Part shown: positions 9,278 to 19,075 of the stretch, one piece after another | Layout of the letters: every line of letters begins with the position of its first letter | Position numbering within the stretch: position 1 is the first letter of the stretch | Assembly (NCBI GenBank): GCA_037133675.1 | Contig: JBAXNR010000011.1 | Location: 1,197-65,196, forward strand | DNA: 64,000 nucleotides | Reading direction: 5' to 3' | DNA from: Methylococcales bacterium | GTDB lineage: Bacteria > Pseudomonadota > Gammaproteobacteria > Methylococcales > Methylomonadaceae | Program-made: the position numbers and the translations under genes | The notes under the pieces: model-generated | What the model saw: the letters and a program-made list of their open reading frames with translations, nothing else | What the model was told of the DNA's origin: nothing | Databases searched by the model: none

Positions 9278-10510
9278 TTACAATGCTTGGTCATCATTGA
9301 TAACACCCGCGACCGCTTTAATGCGTAATTGCCGAATGGCTTCACCAATTAACGCACCTTGTAATTCGCCATTCAATACAGGCGATATATCCACGGCGGC
9401 AATGGCTTTAGCGGCAGCATGAAACCTGTCCGCTTGCGGGTAGAGTCTATTTTCAAACCCTGTTCTACCTTTAGCATCGGCTTCACACGCCAACAAAAAT
9501 TCTGCTAATTTATGCTGCGGTTTATGAACACCTAAAGTAGTCAATACATCGGTGAGCGTACCTGCGCGTAAATCCATCGCCTTATGGCAATGGCTATGAT
9601 ATTCCATTACTTGCACAGCTAATGCTTTATACGAATTAGGCACACGCAACCTCGCACATAATTGTACTAATACAGGTAAGCCGCCTTGTTCATGCCCATA
9701 ATGATGGGGTAAATTTTCTTTAGGCGATAACGCCTTACCCAAATCATGCACCAACGCCGCAAACCGCACTTCTGTATTAGTCGATAACAGTGCGGCTTGT
9801 TCCAATACCATCAAAGTATGCACACCCGTATCAATTTCAGGATGATGTTGCGCAGGTTGCGGTACACCAAACAGCGCGTCGATTTCAGGAAAAATTTTCG
9901 CCAACGCACCACAGTCTTTTAACGCATAAAAAAATGCGCTAGGGGTTTGTTCTTTCAACGCTTTCAATAATTCAGCCCACACTCGTTCAGGGACAAGATA
10001 ATCCACCTCACCACCTGACACCATGCTAATCAACAAGGCTTTAGTTTCCTCAGCAATCGTAAAACCAAGAGAGCCATAACGCGCAGCAAAACGTGCAAGC
10101 CGCAACAAACGCACAGGGTCTTCAGTAAACGCAGGCGAGACATGACGAAAAACTCGCTGCCCCAAATCCCGTTGCCCATGATACGGGTCAATCACATCAC
10201 CTTCTGGAGTCATCGCCATTGCATTAATGGTCAAATCACGGCGAATTAAATCCTGTTCCAACGTAACATCAGGGTCAGCATGAATCGCAAACCCCGTATA
10301 ACCATGACTGGTTTTTCGTTCCGTTCTAGCCAATGCGTATTCTTCTTGAGTGTCGGGATGCAAAAACACAGGAAAATCCTTGCCCACAGGTCTAAATCCT
10401 TGTTTTAACATGGATTCTGGTGTTTCACCGATAACTACCCAGTCCCGTTCTAATACAGGTCTGTTCAATAAGGTATCGCGTACCGCACCACCGACTAGGT
10501 ATATTTTCAT
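9278..10510 (-). CDS. cca: Multifunctional CCA-adding enzyme with HD domain
   Basis: Contains MKIYLVGGAVRDTLL, RRDLTINAMA and VHDLGK (HD phosphohydrolase); 410 aa. Confidence 0.9.
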   Translation of the reverse strand: MKIYLVGGAVRDTLLNRPVLERDWVVIGETPESMLKQGFRPVGKDFPVFLHPDTQEEYALARTERKTSHGYTGFAIHADPDVTLEQDLIRRDLTINAMAMTPEGDVIDPYHGQRDLGQRVFRHVSPAFTEDPVRLLRLARFAARYGSLGFTIAEETKALLISMVSGGEVDYLVPERVWAELLKALKEQTPSAFFYALKDCGALAKIFPEIDALFGVPQPAQHHPEIDTGVHTLMVLEQAALLSTNTEVRFAALVHDLGKALSPKENLPHHYGHEQGGLPVLVQLCARLRVPNSYKALAVQVMEYHSHCHKAMDLRAGTLTDVLTTLGVHKPQHKLAEFLLACEADAKGRTGFENRLYPQADRFHAAAKAIAAVDISPVLNGELQGALIGEAIRQLRIKAVAGVINDDQAL

Positions 10511-10784
10511 TGCCTATTACTCATTATCCAACTATTGAGGTAAGAATATCATAATCACCTGTAAAAAAGCGGCATAATGTGTTTATATCGAACCAGCACA
10601 AGACCTAGCCCACATAAATTGGCGTTATTAACGTCCCTGCCCTATTAGGTTTTATGCCCAATAAGATACTGAAAATAAATCAAAAAACGGCGAAAGTGTG
10701 GCTGAATCGGTTGATGGTGAATCAAGCTACATTAGAAACAGGTGAGGAAATTCCTGCACCGTAACGCGATAAGATGGGCGAATC

Positions 10785-10817
10785 ATAGAATGTGCTGAGG
10801 TACGAAGCACATCGTTC
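10785..10817. repeat. Hairpin REP element (ATAGRATGTGCTGA...AGCRCATCGTTC family)
   Basis: Stem GATGTGCT / AGCACATC. A second copy lies at 30842..30874. Confidence 0.7.
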
Positions 10818-10871
10818 AAGCTGATGCGAATTATTGCACTGACACCAATTATAACGAGATGTTATCGTCTT

Positions 10872-11984
10872 CTAATGTAGCAAAAACAACAAACTCACCA
10901 TACTCCATGATACCGCTGCGGCGGCTGGAATGGTAAAAACCCATGCCCAAACAATTCGCTCGATGACGGTCAGTTTTAGCGCGTGCGGATTTTTGGCAAA
11001 ACCAACGCCCATAATCGCGGTTGAAATGCTATGGGTGGTGGACACTGGCATACCAAAATGGGCAGCGATTAATAAGATGGTCGCTGAACTGGTTTCTGCG
11101 GCAAAACCGTTTATCGGGTGTAACTTGACCATTTTGTGACCTAGAGTTCTGATAATACGCCATCCGCCTACGGATGTGCCAAGTGCCATGACAAAGGCGC
11201 AACTGAAGATAATCCACGCATCGATGTCTTTTTCGCCGCCATCGGGGCGTAAAAATTCAGCCCATTGCGGCAACTGATCGAGTGTACCCGCGCTGTTAGC
11301 GGTAAAAATAGCTAAGGCAATGATGCCCATGGTTTTTTGCGCATCGTTGCTACCATGTGCAAAACCCATATAAGCCGCTGATAAAAGTTGGGCTTTTCCG
11401 AACACGGCATTAACCCATTTTGGACGCGATAATCGCGCCATGACACCGCCAGCGGAATTCATACTACTTATGATAGCCATTAAGCTCCCCATGATAAAGA
11501 TACCCAAGACAAAACCCGCAATCGGCGAGCTAATCATAGGAATAACTACTTTCCACAATATGCCTTTGTTTTCCGTCCAGACGACTGCTGTTTTTGACCA
11601 GATTAAAACATCAAAATTGTTATTGCCTGCGGCGAGTGCTGCACCGCATAAACCACCGATTAACGCATGACTGGAAGAGGAGGGTAGACCCAATACCCAA
11701 GTGATGAGATTCCAAATAATTGCGCCCGTTAATGCACAGATTAATACTTCGGAAGAGATGGTCACTAAGCCCGTATCAACTAAGCCAGAGGAAATGGTTT
11801 TGGCAACGGCTGTACCCGAAAATGCACCCACTAAATTGGTGACGGCGGCGAGCATAATGGCTTGTGTTGGTGTTAATACTTTGGTGGCAACCACGGTGGC
11901 AATAGAGTTAGCTGTGTCGTGGAATCCGTTGATAAACTCGAATATTAGTGCTACCAGAATGACAAGCAAGAGTAAGATCAGCAT
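10872..11984 (-). CDS. pit: Inorganic phosphate transporter, PiT family
   Basis: Duplicated PHO4 motifs GFHDTANSIAT and HGSNDAQKTMG in a polytopic 370-aa protein. Confidence 0.9.
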   Translation of the reverse strand: MLILLLLVILVALIFEFINGFHDTANSIATVVATKVLTPTQAIMLAAVTNLVGAFSGTAVAKTISSGLVDTGLVTISSEVLICALTGAIIWNLITWVLGLPSSSSHALIGGLCGAALAAGNNNFDVLIWSKTAVVWTENKGILWKVVIPMISSPIAGFVLGIFIMGSLMAIISSMNSAGGVMARLSRPKWVNAVFGKAQLLSAAYMGFAHGSNDAQKTMGIIALAIFTANSAGTLDQLPQWAEFLRPDGGEKDIDAWIIFSCAFVMALGTSVGGWRIIRTLGHKMVKLHPINGFAAETSSATILLIAAHFGMPVSTTHSISTAIMGVGFAKNPHALKLTVIERIVWAWVFTIPAAAAVSWSMVSLLFLLH

Positions 11985-11994
11985 AAAAATCCTT

Positions 11995-12624
11995 TTATGA
12001 ATTTTTTAAGGCGATGTGGTAGACGACATTACCCGCATTACGGCAGCGTTCAATGGCTTTTTCGAGGATTTCAAACAAGTCCATTTTTACCAGATAACGA
12101 ATCGGATCAGTTTCATTGGTATAGGCATCTCGATAAAGCTCAAGTACATGAATATCCGCTTTCGCTTCAATGGCTTTCAATTGATCGTTTAATTTTTTGA
12201 TTTTATCCAAATCCATGCCTTTGCGTAATAGTCCGACCATTTGCTCCAAAACTATACAGGCTTGTTCTAGCATTTCAGCGCGACTGACAAAATTCACATC
12301 ACCAATACGCCCCAAGGCGAGGGTATAGCGTTCGGCAAATTTTTCGATGATTTTTGGGATTTTGTACAGCGCACCGTTAAGAGCTTCAATATCTTCACGG
12401 TCGAGTACGGTAACAAAAGTGTTGACTAATTCTTCGCTGATTTGTGCGAATAACTCCTTTTCTTGGCGACGCGCCTGTTTCAGTTTTTCTAAGAATTGTT
12501 GTGTCGCTGGCGTACTAAGAATCTCGATTAATACACTAGCCGACAAACGAGCTGATTCGGCACTGGCTTCCAATAAGCCGTAGAATTTATCGCCTTTGCC
12601 GAAGATGGTTTGCAATGAGAACAT
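11995..12624 (-). CDS. DUF47 / PhoU-like accessory protein of PiT transporters
   Basis: 209-aa helical protein. It lies immediately upstream of pit on the same strand (10-nt gap), which is the usual pairing. Confidence 0.8.
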   Translation of the reverse strand: MFSLQTIFGKGDKFYGLLEASAESARLSASVLIEILSTPATQQFLEKLKQARRQEKELFAQISEELVNTFVTVLDREDIEALNGALYKIPKIIEKFAERYTLALGRIGDVNFVSRAEMLEQACIVLEQMVGLLRKGMDLDKIKKLNDQLKAIEAKADIHVLELYRDAYTNETDPIRYLVKMDLFEILEKAIERCRNAGNVVYHIALKNS

Positions 12625-12965
12625 GGTATTTCCTTTTTATGAGCTATAAGGCGTTTGTTACGCAGTGAAAAAACTTTTATTTAAGGAGCTAAAGGCGTGG
12701 TGCAAAGTAGCAAAAGCGAAAGTTATTTTTAAGAAATGTGCCGAAACAGAGCGAAACGGTATCATCAAAGTTTATTTTCGTGGTGAGCTTGTCGAAGCAC
12801 ATTCACACATCGACAGGCTCAATATTTATTTAAAGCGGGTAATCACTCCTTTATTCCTAGACTGATTTCTTCCGCTAATTTTTTGATGATACTCATGGCA
12901 GACTCTTCAAAACTTTAAATAGTTTTTATGATATGCAAAAAATGGTAGGTGGCAAAATATCAAAC

Positions 12966-14159
12966 TCAGGCTGCACAATAATCTGGATGAAGAGACGTGT
13001 GTCTAAGCAGGTAGCGGTTGACGTGGACAACCTTGGCTGGCGGAAAACCATTGAAATGGGTAGATGTTGCTCCGCTATAGGCACCGATGTTTCTACTGTA
13101 GAGGATGTCGTCACGCTCCAGATTAGAGGCAAGTTCTTCCGTCTTCGAAATAACGTCCAGCCCGTCACAGGTAGGACCAAACACGGTACATATCTGGGTT
13201 GACCCTTTTTTGAAGGAGTCAAAATGATATTCGCAGTGGTCAAAGATGACACCAGAAAAAGTGTGATAGACCCCGTCATCAATGTAATAGCATAGTTTCC
13301 CGTGCCGAACCGCCTTGCCGATGATCTTCGACACCGCTGTGCCTGCGGTCGCAACTATGAATCTACCTGGCTCGGCAATAATTTTTATTTCTGGTGGAAA
13401 GAGCCTGTCTAGCTCAGTATTTATCACCGCTGCCAATTCACTGAAAGGCTTTACTGACGCATCGTAAGGAGCTGGAAAACCACCACCTATATCCAGTAAA
13501 TTCATCTTGTCGTAACCGCGCTCTTGAGCTTCTTTGAATATAAGTGCCGAAAGATTGATTGCCTGCACATAGTTTTCAAAATTGGTGGCTTGGCTTCCGA
13601 CGTGGAAGCTCAGCCCCTCGACGGTTAACCCCTGCTTTTCGGCTTCCAAAATAAGATCGACTGCCTCGCTAGGTTCTGCCCCAAATTTTGAGGAGAGCTC
13701 CACCATAGCACCAGCGTTTGAAACCAGAAGGCGAAGCACAAGTCTGGCGTTAGGCGCGAACTGCCTGATCTTGATGATCTCCTCGCGATTATCAAAGGTG
13801 AGCAATGGCTTGTACTTGTCAAGCTCCGCTAGTGTCTCGTTTGCCTTGATAGGATTCGCATAAATGATCTTGTCCCTGATCCACTCATGCCGCTTCTGCT
13901 CAGGCATAGTCTTTATATTTTCGTAGACTGCATTGAATTCCTGCATAGACGATACATCAAAACGGGCTTCGGCATCGAACAGCGTTTTTACTATGACTGG
14001 ATCTGGATTCGCCTTGATCGCGCAATAGGCTTGGACACGGGGGAGATATTTTTTGAAAGTTGCATAATTGCTCCGCAGTTCGTCGTGATCTATCACGAAC
14101 AATGGTGTTCCGTGGGTTTCAGCAAGCTGTTGCAAATCTTTTGTACTGATCATGGACAT
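12966..14159 (-). CDS. PLP-dependent ornithine (or lysine/ornithine) decarboxylase, alanine-racemase fold (Orn/DAP/Arg decarboxylase family 2)
   Basis: Contains YCAIKANPD (PLP lysine), DIGGGFPAPY, IIAEPGRFIV, GPTCDGLDV and NIGAYSGATS. Confidence 0.8.
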   Translation of the reverse strand: MSMISTKDLQQLAETHGTPLFVIDHDELRSNYATFKKYLPRVQAYCAIKANPDPVIVKTLFDAEARFDVSSMQEFNAVYENIKTMPEQKRHEWIRDKIIYANPIKANETLAELDKYKPLLTFDNREEIIKIRQFAPNARLVLRLLVSNAGAMVELSSKFGAEPSEAVDLILEAEKQGLTVEGLSFHVGSQATNFENYVQAINLSALIFKEAQERGYDKMNLLDIGGGFPAPYDASVKPFSELAAVINTELDRLFPPEIKIIAEPGRFIVATAGTAVSKIIGKAVRHGKLCYYIDDGVYHTFSGVIFDHCEYHFDSFKKGSTQICTVFGPTCDGLDVISKTEELASNLERDDILYSRNIGAYSGATSTHFNGFPPAKVVHVNRYLLRHTSLHPDYCAA

Positions 14160-14400
14160 ATTTCCTTAGAATTTTTGATTTTAGTGCTACTTACTCAGCA
14201 TGAGAAGCGAAATGGTGTCGCCAGAAAATCCCTCTTTCGACACCATCGAAGTCTTCTGCAACTGACAACGACTCTGTTCCAGTAATGGATACTTGTCCGC
14301 TGTAGAATTTGAAATGCAGCATAAAGCTGCTTAACTTTGTGTCTTGAAAAGTGTTGACACATCAGCCAGCACTTTTAAGCAGTGAAATAGGACGAAGTTT

Positions 14401-15804
14401 CTACTCGTCTTTCTTCTTGTGAGATTTTTTCTCTTTTCCTGAATCCAGTTTATCTTTTGAATGCTTTGGCTTGCATGGCGAAACGGCAATCATAGGATTC
14501 GCCGCAGAAACCGTGACTGTAGCCGTTGACTCTAAAAGCTCTTTTTCAAGAGACCTGACCGTTCCGTCAAATGAATGCTTGCTGTCTGGCTTGATTTCCT
14601 TTACCTCGGTAGGCAGACCGATTCGGTCAAGAATTTCGATGAATGGCTCTGGATCAAGTTCCTCGACATTGACCATCTTCTTCACATCCCAAACTCCGTT
14701 GGCAATCAGCATAGCGGCAGCAATCGGTGGAACGCCAGCGGTGTAACTAATCCCCTGAGACTCAACTTCTTCGTAACATTGCTTGTGATCCGAGACCTGA
14801 TAAATTAACACTTCTCGTTTTTCCCCTTCCATCCAGCCCTTGACGAAGGTGCCGATGCAAGTATTGCCTGTATAACCAGGGGCAAGCGTCATTGGATCAG
14901 GTAGCAGTGCCTTGACTACCTTGAGCGGCACAACCTCCTGACCAGTAGTCAGTGTCACTGGTAGATGTGAGAGAAAGCCGAGCGTGCGAAGTACCGTGAA
15001 TACGTTTATGTAGTGGTCGCCAAAACCCATCCAGAAACGAATGCTGTTGGCATCAATATTCTTTGATAGGGAGTGAAGCTCGTCATGACCGTTCAGGTAG
15101 ACTGGCTGCTTTCCGACAACTGGGAAATCATACTCGCGTTTCACCGAGTGAGTGGGATACTCTTTCCACTCTTGGTCAATCCAAGTCCAAACCTTTACGA
15201 ACTCTCTGAAATTGATCTCTGGATCAAAGTTGGTCGAAAAATATCTGCCGTGACTTCCTGCATTCACATCCAGTATGTCTATCGTATCGATCTTGTCGAA
15301 GTAACGTTTGACAGCAAGAGCGCAGTAAGCATTGACTACTCCAGGATCAAAACCAGCACCAAGGATTGCAGTCACTCCTTTTTCATCGCAACGCTCCTTT
15401 CGCTTCCACTCGTAATTAGCATACCAAGGTGGCTCTTCACAGACTTTGTCTGGATCTTCATGGATAGCGGTATCGATATACGCCGCGCCAGTCTCGATGC
15501 ACGCTTCCAGTACCGACATATTGATGAAAGCTGAGCCAAGGTTGATTACGATCTCTGTTTTGGTTTCATTTATCAGTTTTACTATCGCTGGAATATCCAG
15601 TGCGTCGAGCTGAGCTGAATAAAGCCTGCCAGCCGAATCCTTGAGATGCCCTTTCCGCGTCACGCTTTCGATGATCGCATCACATTTAGCTTGCGTTCGC
15701 GATGCGATACAAATATCGCCCAAGACATCATTGTTCATCGCCGCCTTGTGGGTCGCAACGTGCGCCACTCCGCCTGCCCCGATAATCATTACGTTTTTTT
15801 TCAT
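14401..15804 (-). CDS. Carboxy(nor)spermidine synthase/dehydrogenase (saccharopine dehydrogenase family) with a Lys-rich C-terminal tail
   Basis: Rossmann N-terminus MIIGAGGVAHV and overall length and pattern of CANSDH. It sits next to nspC. The extra ~60-aa tail ends ...KDKLDSGKEKKSHKKKDE. Confidence 0.8.
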   Translation of the reverse strand: MKKNVMIIGAGGVAHVATHKAAMNNDVLGDICIASRTQAKCDAIIESVTRKGHLKDSAGRLYSAQLDALDIPAIVKLINETKTEIVINLGSAFINMSVLEACIETGAAYIDTAIHEDPDKVCEEPPWYANYEWKRKERCDEKGVTAILGAGFDPGVVNAYCALAVKRYFDKIDTIDILDVNAGSHGRYFSTNFDPEINFREFVKVWTWIDQEWKEYPTHSVKREYDFPVVGKQPVYLNGHDELHSLSKNIDANSIRFWMGFGDHYINVFTVLRTLGFLSHLPVTLTTGQEVVPLKVVKALLPDPMTLAPGYTGNTCIGTFVKGWMEGEKREVLIYQVSDHKQCYEEVESQGISYTAGVPPIAAAMLIANGVWDVKKMVNVEELDPEPFIEILDRIGLPTEVKEIKPDSKHSFDGTVRSLEKELLESTATVTVSAANPMIAVSPCKPKHSKDKLDSGKEKKSHKKKDE

Positions 15805-15819
15805 ATTATGAATTCCTCT

Positions 15820-16926
15820 TTATGATAAATTTCCAATGTAATCTTTATAGTCAAAACTGCGTACCAGTTCTACAGAACCGTCCAACCTCCGTACTGCAAT
15901 CGACGGCATCGCAAGACCATTGAACCAGTTTTTCTTCACCATCGTGTATCCCGCTGCATCGGCGATACGCACCTCGTCTCCAATTTTCAGTGCTGTCTCC
16001 AGTTCGTAGTTGCCGAACAGATCTCCAGCCAGACATGACCGACCAGCGATGATAATCTGGTTAGTGCCAGAGCTAGGGGATGAAATTCTCGGACTTGTTC
16101 TGTAGATCAGGTGATCCAGCATGTGCGCCTCGACAGAGGCATCAACGATAGCGATAGCGACTTCGTTATGGACTACATCGAGTACCGTGGTAACCAGTTC
16201 GGTACTACAGGTGATGGCTGCCTCACCTGGTTCAAGATAGACCTGCACACCGTATCTTTCGCTAAAATTCTTCAATACACGGCAGAATCTTTCCAGCGGA
16301 TAGCCGTCTTTGGTAAAATAAATGCCCCCGCCGAGGCTGACCCACTCCATTTTTTTCAGTAAAGAAGCGTACTTAATGCCAATCTGGTCTATAGCGGCGG
16401 CGATGTTTTCAATATCATCGTTTTCGCAATTGAAATGGAACATGACACCACTGATCAAATCCGCCACAGCATCGAGTTCCTGTTCGCTGCATACCCCAAG
16501 CCGCGAACAACTGCGTGCTGGGTCTGCCAGATCAAAATGGGAATAACTGATGCCTGGATTGACTCGAAGACCAACTTTCAAGCTGCTCACGCATTCATGG
16601 AATCTATTCAGTTGCGAGATAGAATTGAATATCACCTTATCGGCAAACCCAGCTACCGCTTCAACTTCTTCAGCAGAATAAGCAACGCTGTAAGCATGAA
16701 CCTCCTTGCCAAACTTTTCGCGACCGAGCCGCGCTTCGTAGAGCGAGCTGCTGGTTGTGCCGTCCATGTATTGGCGCATCAGATCGAATACGCACCAAGT
16801 TGAAAAGCATTTTAGTGCCAAGACTGATTTTGCGCCAGACTCCTCACGGATGAGTCGTATGATTTCGAGATTTTTTTTCAGTATAACTTCGTCGATTAGA
16901 TAATATGGGGTACGCAATTGCGGCAT
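15820..16926 (-). CDS. nspC: Carboxy(nor)spermidine decarboxylase
   Basis: Contains VLALKCFS (PLP lysine), SLGGGIYF, YLEPGEAAI, GRSCLAGDLFG and AGYTMVKKNWFNG. The likely start is the internal ATG (MPQLRTPYYLIDE) at 16926 rather than the track start at 17016. Confidence 0.85.
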   Translation of the reverse strand: MPQLRTPYYLIDEVILKKNLEIIRLIREESGAKSVLALKCFSTWCVFDLMRQYMDGTTSSSLYEARLGREKFGKEVHAYSVAYSAEEVEAVAGFADKVIFNSISQLNRFHECVSSLKVGLRVNPGISYSHFDLADPARSCSRLGVCSEQELDAVADLISGVMFHFNCENDDIENIAAAIDQIGIKYASLLKKMEWVSLGGGIYFTKDGYPLERFCRVLKNFSERYGVQVYLEPGEAAITCSTELVTTVLDVVHNEVAIAIVDASVEAHMLDHLIYRTSPRISSPSSGTNQIIIAGRSCLAGDLFGNYELETALKIGDEVRIADAAGYTMVKKNWFNGLAMPSIAVRRLDGSVELVRSFDYKDYIGNLS

Positions 16927-17277
16927 TTTTGAGAACTCGAAGAAAAGCGATAAATTGTTTCGATAGTAAAGTCGTTGGCACGAATTGTCAATGCACATAG
17001 AATTCATGTTCAGCAATTCTCTTCATCTGAATTTACTTCATTTTTAACGATTGTAGACATCTTTCACCTCAATATTTTTAAATCAATTGACTGGCGTTGG
17101 GCGTTTAACAACGTACTGAAAAAATCATCTTAACCATTGCATCATAGAAATGTTACAAAAATATTACAATCTGATGTTACGCAGTCCTTAAACTTTGCAA
17201 CTCAGCAAAAGCCTGTTAAGTTGCTTTGATGAATAGCTTTGTCCGCAAGGCGAAATGGTTGGTTTTGTGTTTTATCT

Positions 17278-17436
17278 TCAGACATTCCAACTTGAAAACG
17301 GCAGTGCGGACATAAAGACATGATTATTCTGTGTAGTGACGGTGCGAGTAGATGACTTTGCTAAACTGGCATTGGATTTTAAGGATTTGTGAAACTCTTC
17401 TACTTTCCAAAGTTTTTGGTAGCGTGTAGCGACTTG
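17278..17436 (-). pseudogene. C-terminal fragment of a DDE transposase (IS4/IS701-like) - IS remnant
   Basis: The minus-strand frame reads QVATRYQKLWKVEEFHKSLKSNASLAKSSTRTVTTQNNHVFMSALPFSSWNV*. It is preceded by an in-frame stop. The WKVEEFHKSLKSN...TQNNH pattern is recalled from IS4-type transposases. No N-terminal part is present. Confidence 0.5.
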
Positions 17437-17730
17437 TTATTGTCAAACGTGGACTAACTGTTTTCTGTTAGTCTATGCTGTTATCAAACTTGGACACAAG
17501 CCGCTGAACAAGGACTTGCACAAGCACAAAAGGCTTTAAAGCAATTGTCGCAATGAGGTGGAGGACTTAGCGTTACTCATGAACGGTGGTGTTAATGTTT
17601 AACTATTGCTATGATTCTATGCACAGTCCGCTCAGCTTGATTTATTGTCAATCGCGGCTTCACTTTAGGTAAGCAGGAAAATAATCTTAGCCTACCTTTC
17701 ATTTTAATAACAAAAACAGGGGAGAGAATC

Positions 17731-18513
17731 ATGGGTTTTATGCAGGGTAAACGAGTGTTAATTGTTGGATTAGCCAGTAATCGATCTATTGCATGGGGAA
17801 TTGCACAAGCGATGCACCGCGAAGGCGCGGAATTAGCCTTCACCTTTCAAAATGAAAAGCTACAAAGTCGTGTTGAAGACATGGCGGCACAATGTGGCTC
17901 TAACATTATCATTGAATGTGATGTCAGTATTGATGCACATATCGACAATGTATTTGCCAAACTTGGCGAGCAGTGGGATGGTTTGGATTGCATCGTGCAT
18001 TCAGTGGCGTTTGCACCGCGTGACGCATTGAATGGTGATTATGTCGATGTGACGACTCGCGAAAATTTCAATATTGCTCATGATGTCAGTTCTTACAGCT
18101 TTACTGCGTTGGCAAAAGCAGGACGCGCTATGATGAAAGGTCGTAACGGTTCATTATTAACTTTGACTTATTTAGGCGCAGAACGGGCGATTCCTAATTA
18201 CAATGTGATGGGGGTTGCGAAAGCCAGTTTAGAGGCTAATGTGCGTTATATGGCGGTAGCATTGGGCGCAGAAGGCACGCGGGTGAATGCGATTTCCGCA
18301 GGACCAATAAGAACCTTGGCGGCTTCGGGTATTAATGATTTTAAAGCGATGCTTAATAAAGCGGCTGATACTTCGCCATTAAAGAGAAATATCACTATTG
18401 AAGAAGTCGGTAATGCAGCGGCGTTTATGTGTTCTGATTTGGCTTCGGGTATTACGGGCGAGATTACTTATGTGGATTGCGGTTATAACATTGCGGGTTT
18501 AGCAGCTTCTTGA
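17731..18513 (+). CDS. fabI: Enoyl-[acyl-carrier-protein] reductase (NADH)
   Basis: Contains [20 protein letters not shown] and the catalytic [13 protein letters not shown]; 260 aa. Confidence 0.95.
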   Translation: MGFMQGKRVLIVGLASNRSIAWGIAQAMHREGAELAFTFQNEKLQSRVEDMAAQCGSNIIIECDVSIDAHIDNVFAKLGEQWDGLDCIVHSVAFAPRDALNGDYVDVTTRENFNIAHDVSSYSFTALAKAGRAMMKGRNGSLLTLTYLGAERAIPNYNVMGVAKASLEANVRYMAVALGAEGTRVNAISAGPIRTLAASGINDFKAMLNKAADTSPLKRNITIEEVGNAAAFMCSDLASGITGEITYVDCGYNIAGLAAS

Positions 18514-18552
18514 TGAAATTAAAAGTAGTCTGAGAACCGAATGATTTGTGTC

Positions 18553-18586
18553 ATCGTAGAGCGTTGCATTACAGCGTCTCTACGAT
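18553..18586. repeat. Hairpin REP (GTAGAGnCG...CGTCTCTAC family) between convergent fabI and the PilZ gene; probable terminator
   Basis: ATCGTAGAGCG ttgcattaca GCGTCTCTACGAT is an imperfect inverted repeat. Confidence 0.55.
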
Positions 18587-18635
18587 ACTCTTAAAATCTT
18601 AATCGCCTTCATCTCTATTCAAAAAACCTGATAAA

Positions 18636-18932
18636 TCAATCTGATTCTTCAGGCAATCGCATAATTGCTCCGATTTCAAAACCGCCATCGTCAAGAGCTT
18701 GACATCTGGCAACTGTAATAAGAAAATCCAGCATAGGCATAGCTGTTTCCAGAATAATACTGACCTCTACAACAGAATCAACCTCAAAAGGATACTGACA
18801 AACAAGAGAAACGCCTGTACTACTGAGAGTTAAGCAAAGAGCTTCATATAATTTATTAGAACCTTGTAATTTACAAAAAATTTCGCACTGTATATTAATT
18901 CGTGGTTCATTTCGTTTTTCGATGTTATTCAT
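18636..18932 (-). CDS. Stand-alone PilZ domain protein
   Basis: 98 aa. RNEPR (RxxxR) near the N-terminus and TLSSTG (D/N-x-S-x-x-G-like) follow the PilZ pattern. Confidence 0.65.
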   Translation of the reverse strand: MNNIEKRNEPRINIQCEIFCKLQGSNKLYEALCLTLSSTGVSLVCQYPFEVDSVVEVSIILETAMPMLDFLITVARCQALDDGGFEIGAIMRLPEESD

Positions 18933-19045
18933 TAGTTTACCTGTCTAAATCAACATGGATTGAATAGTATTACTGGTTGTTAAAGCGGAGTTTAAGATCA
19001 TTCTGGATTTCATTTAATCGCCCAATGATGTTTTTTATAAGGTGC

Positions 19046-19073
19046 AAAAAGGGAGCTTTACGCTCCCTTTTTT
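19046..19073 (-). terminator. Rho-independent terminator downstream of secA
   Basis: AAAAAGGGAGC tttac GCTCCCTTTTT lies immediately after the secA stop. The stem is flanked by A and T runs on both sides, so it could act bidirectionally. Confidence 0.75.
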
Positions 19074-19075
19074 GG

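Noticed and set aside
12665-12865. 66-aa plus-strand ORF upstream of the DUF47 gene
   Set aside because: It lies in the divergent promoter region and spans an imperfect REP-like palindrome (GAGCTTGTCGA...TCGACAGGCTC). It has no RBS or motif.
12926-13354. 142-aa and 89-aa ORFs overlapping the decarboxylase gene
   Set aside because: They are alternative frames of a gene with clear PLP-decarboxylase motifs. Higher local G+C inflates spurious ORF length.
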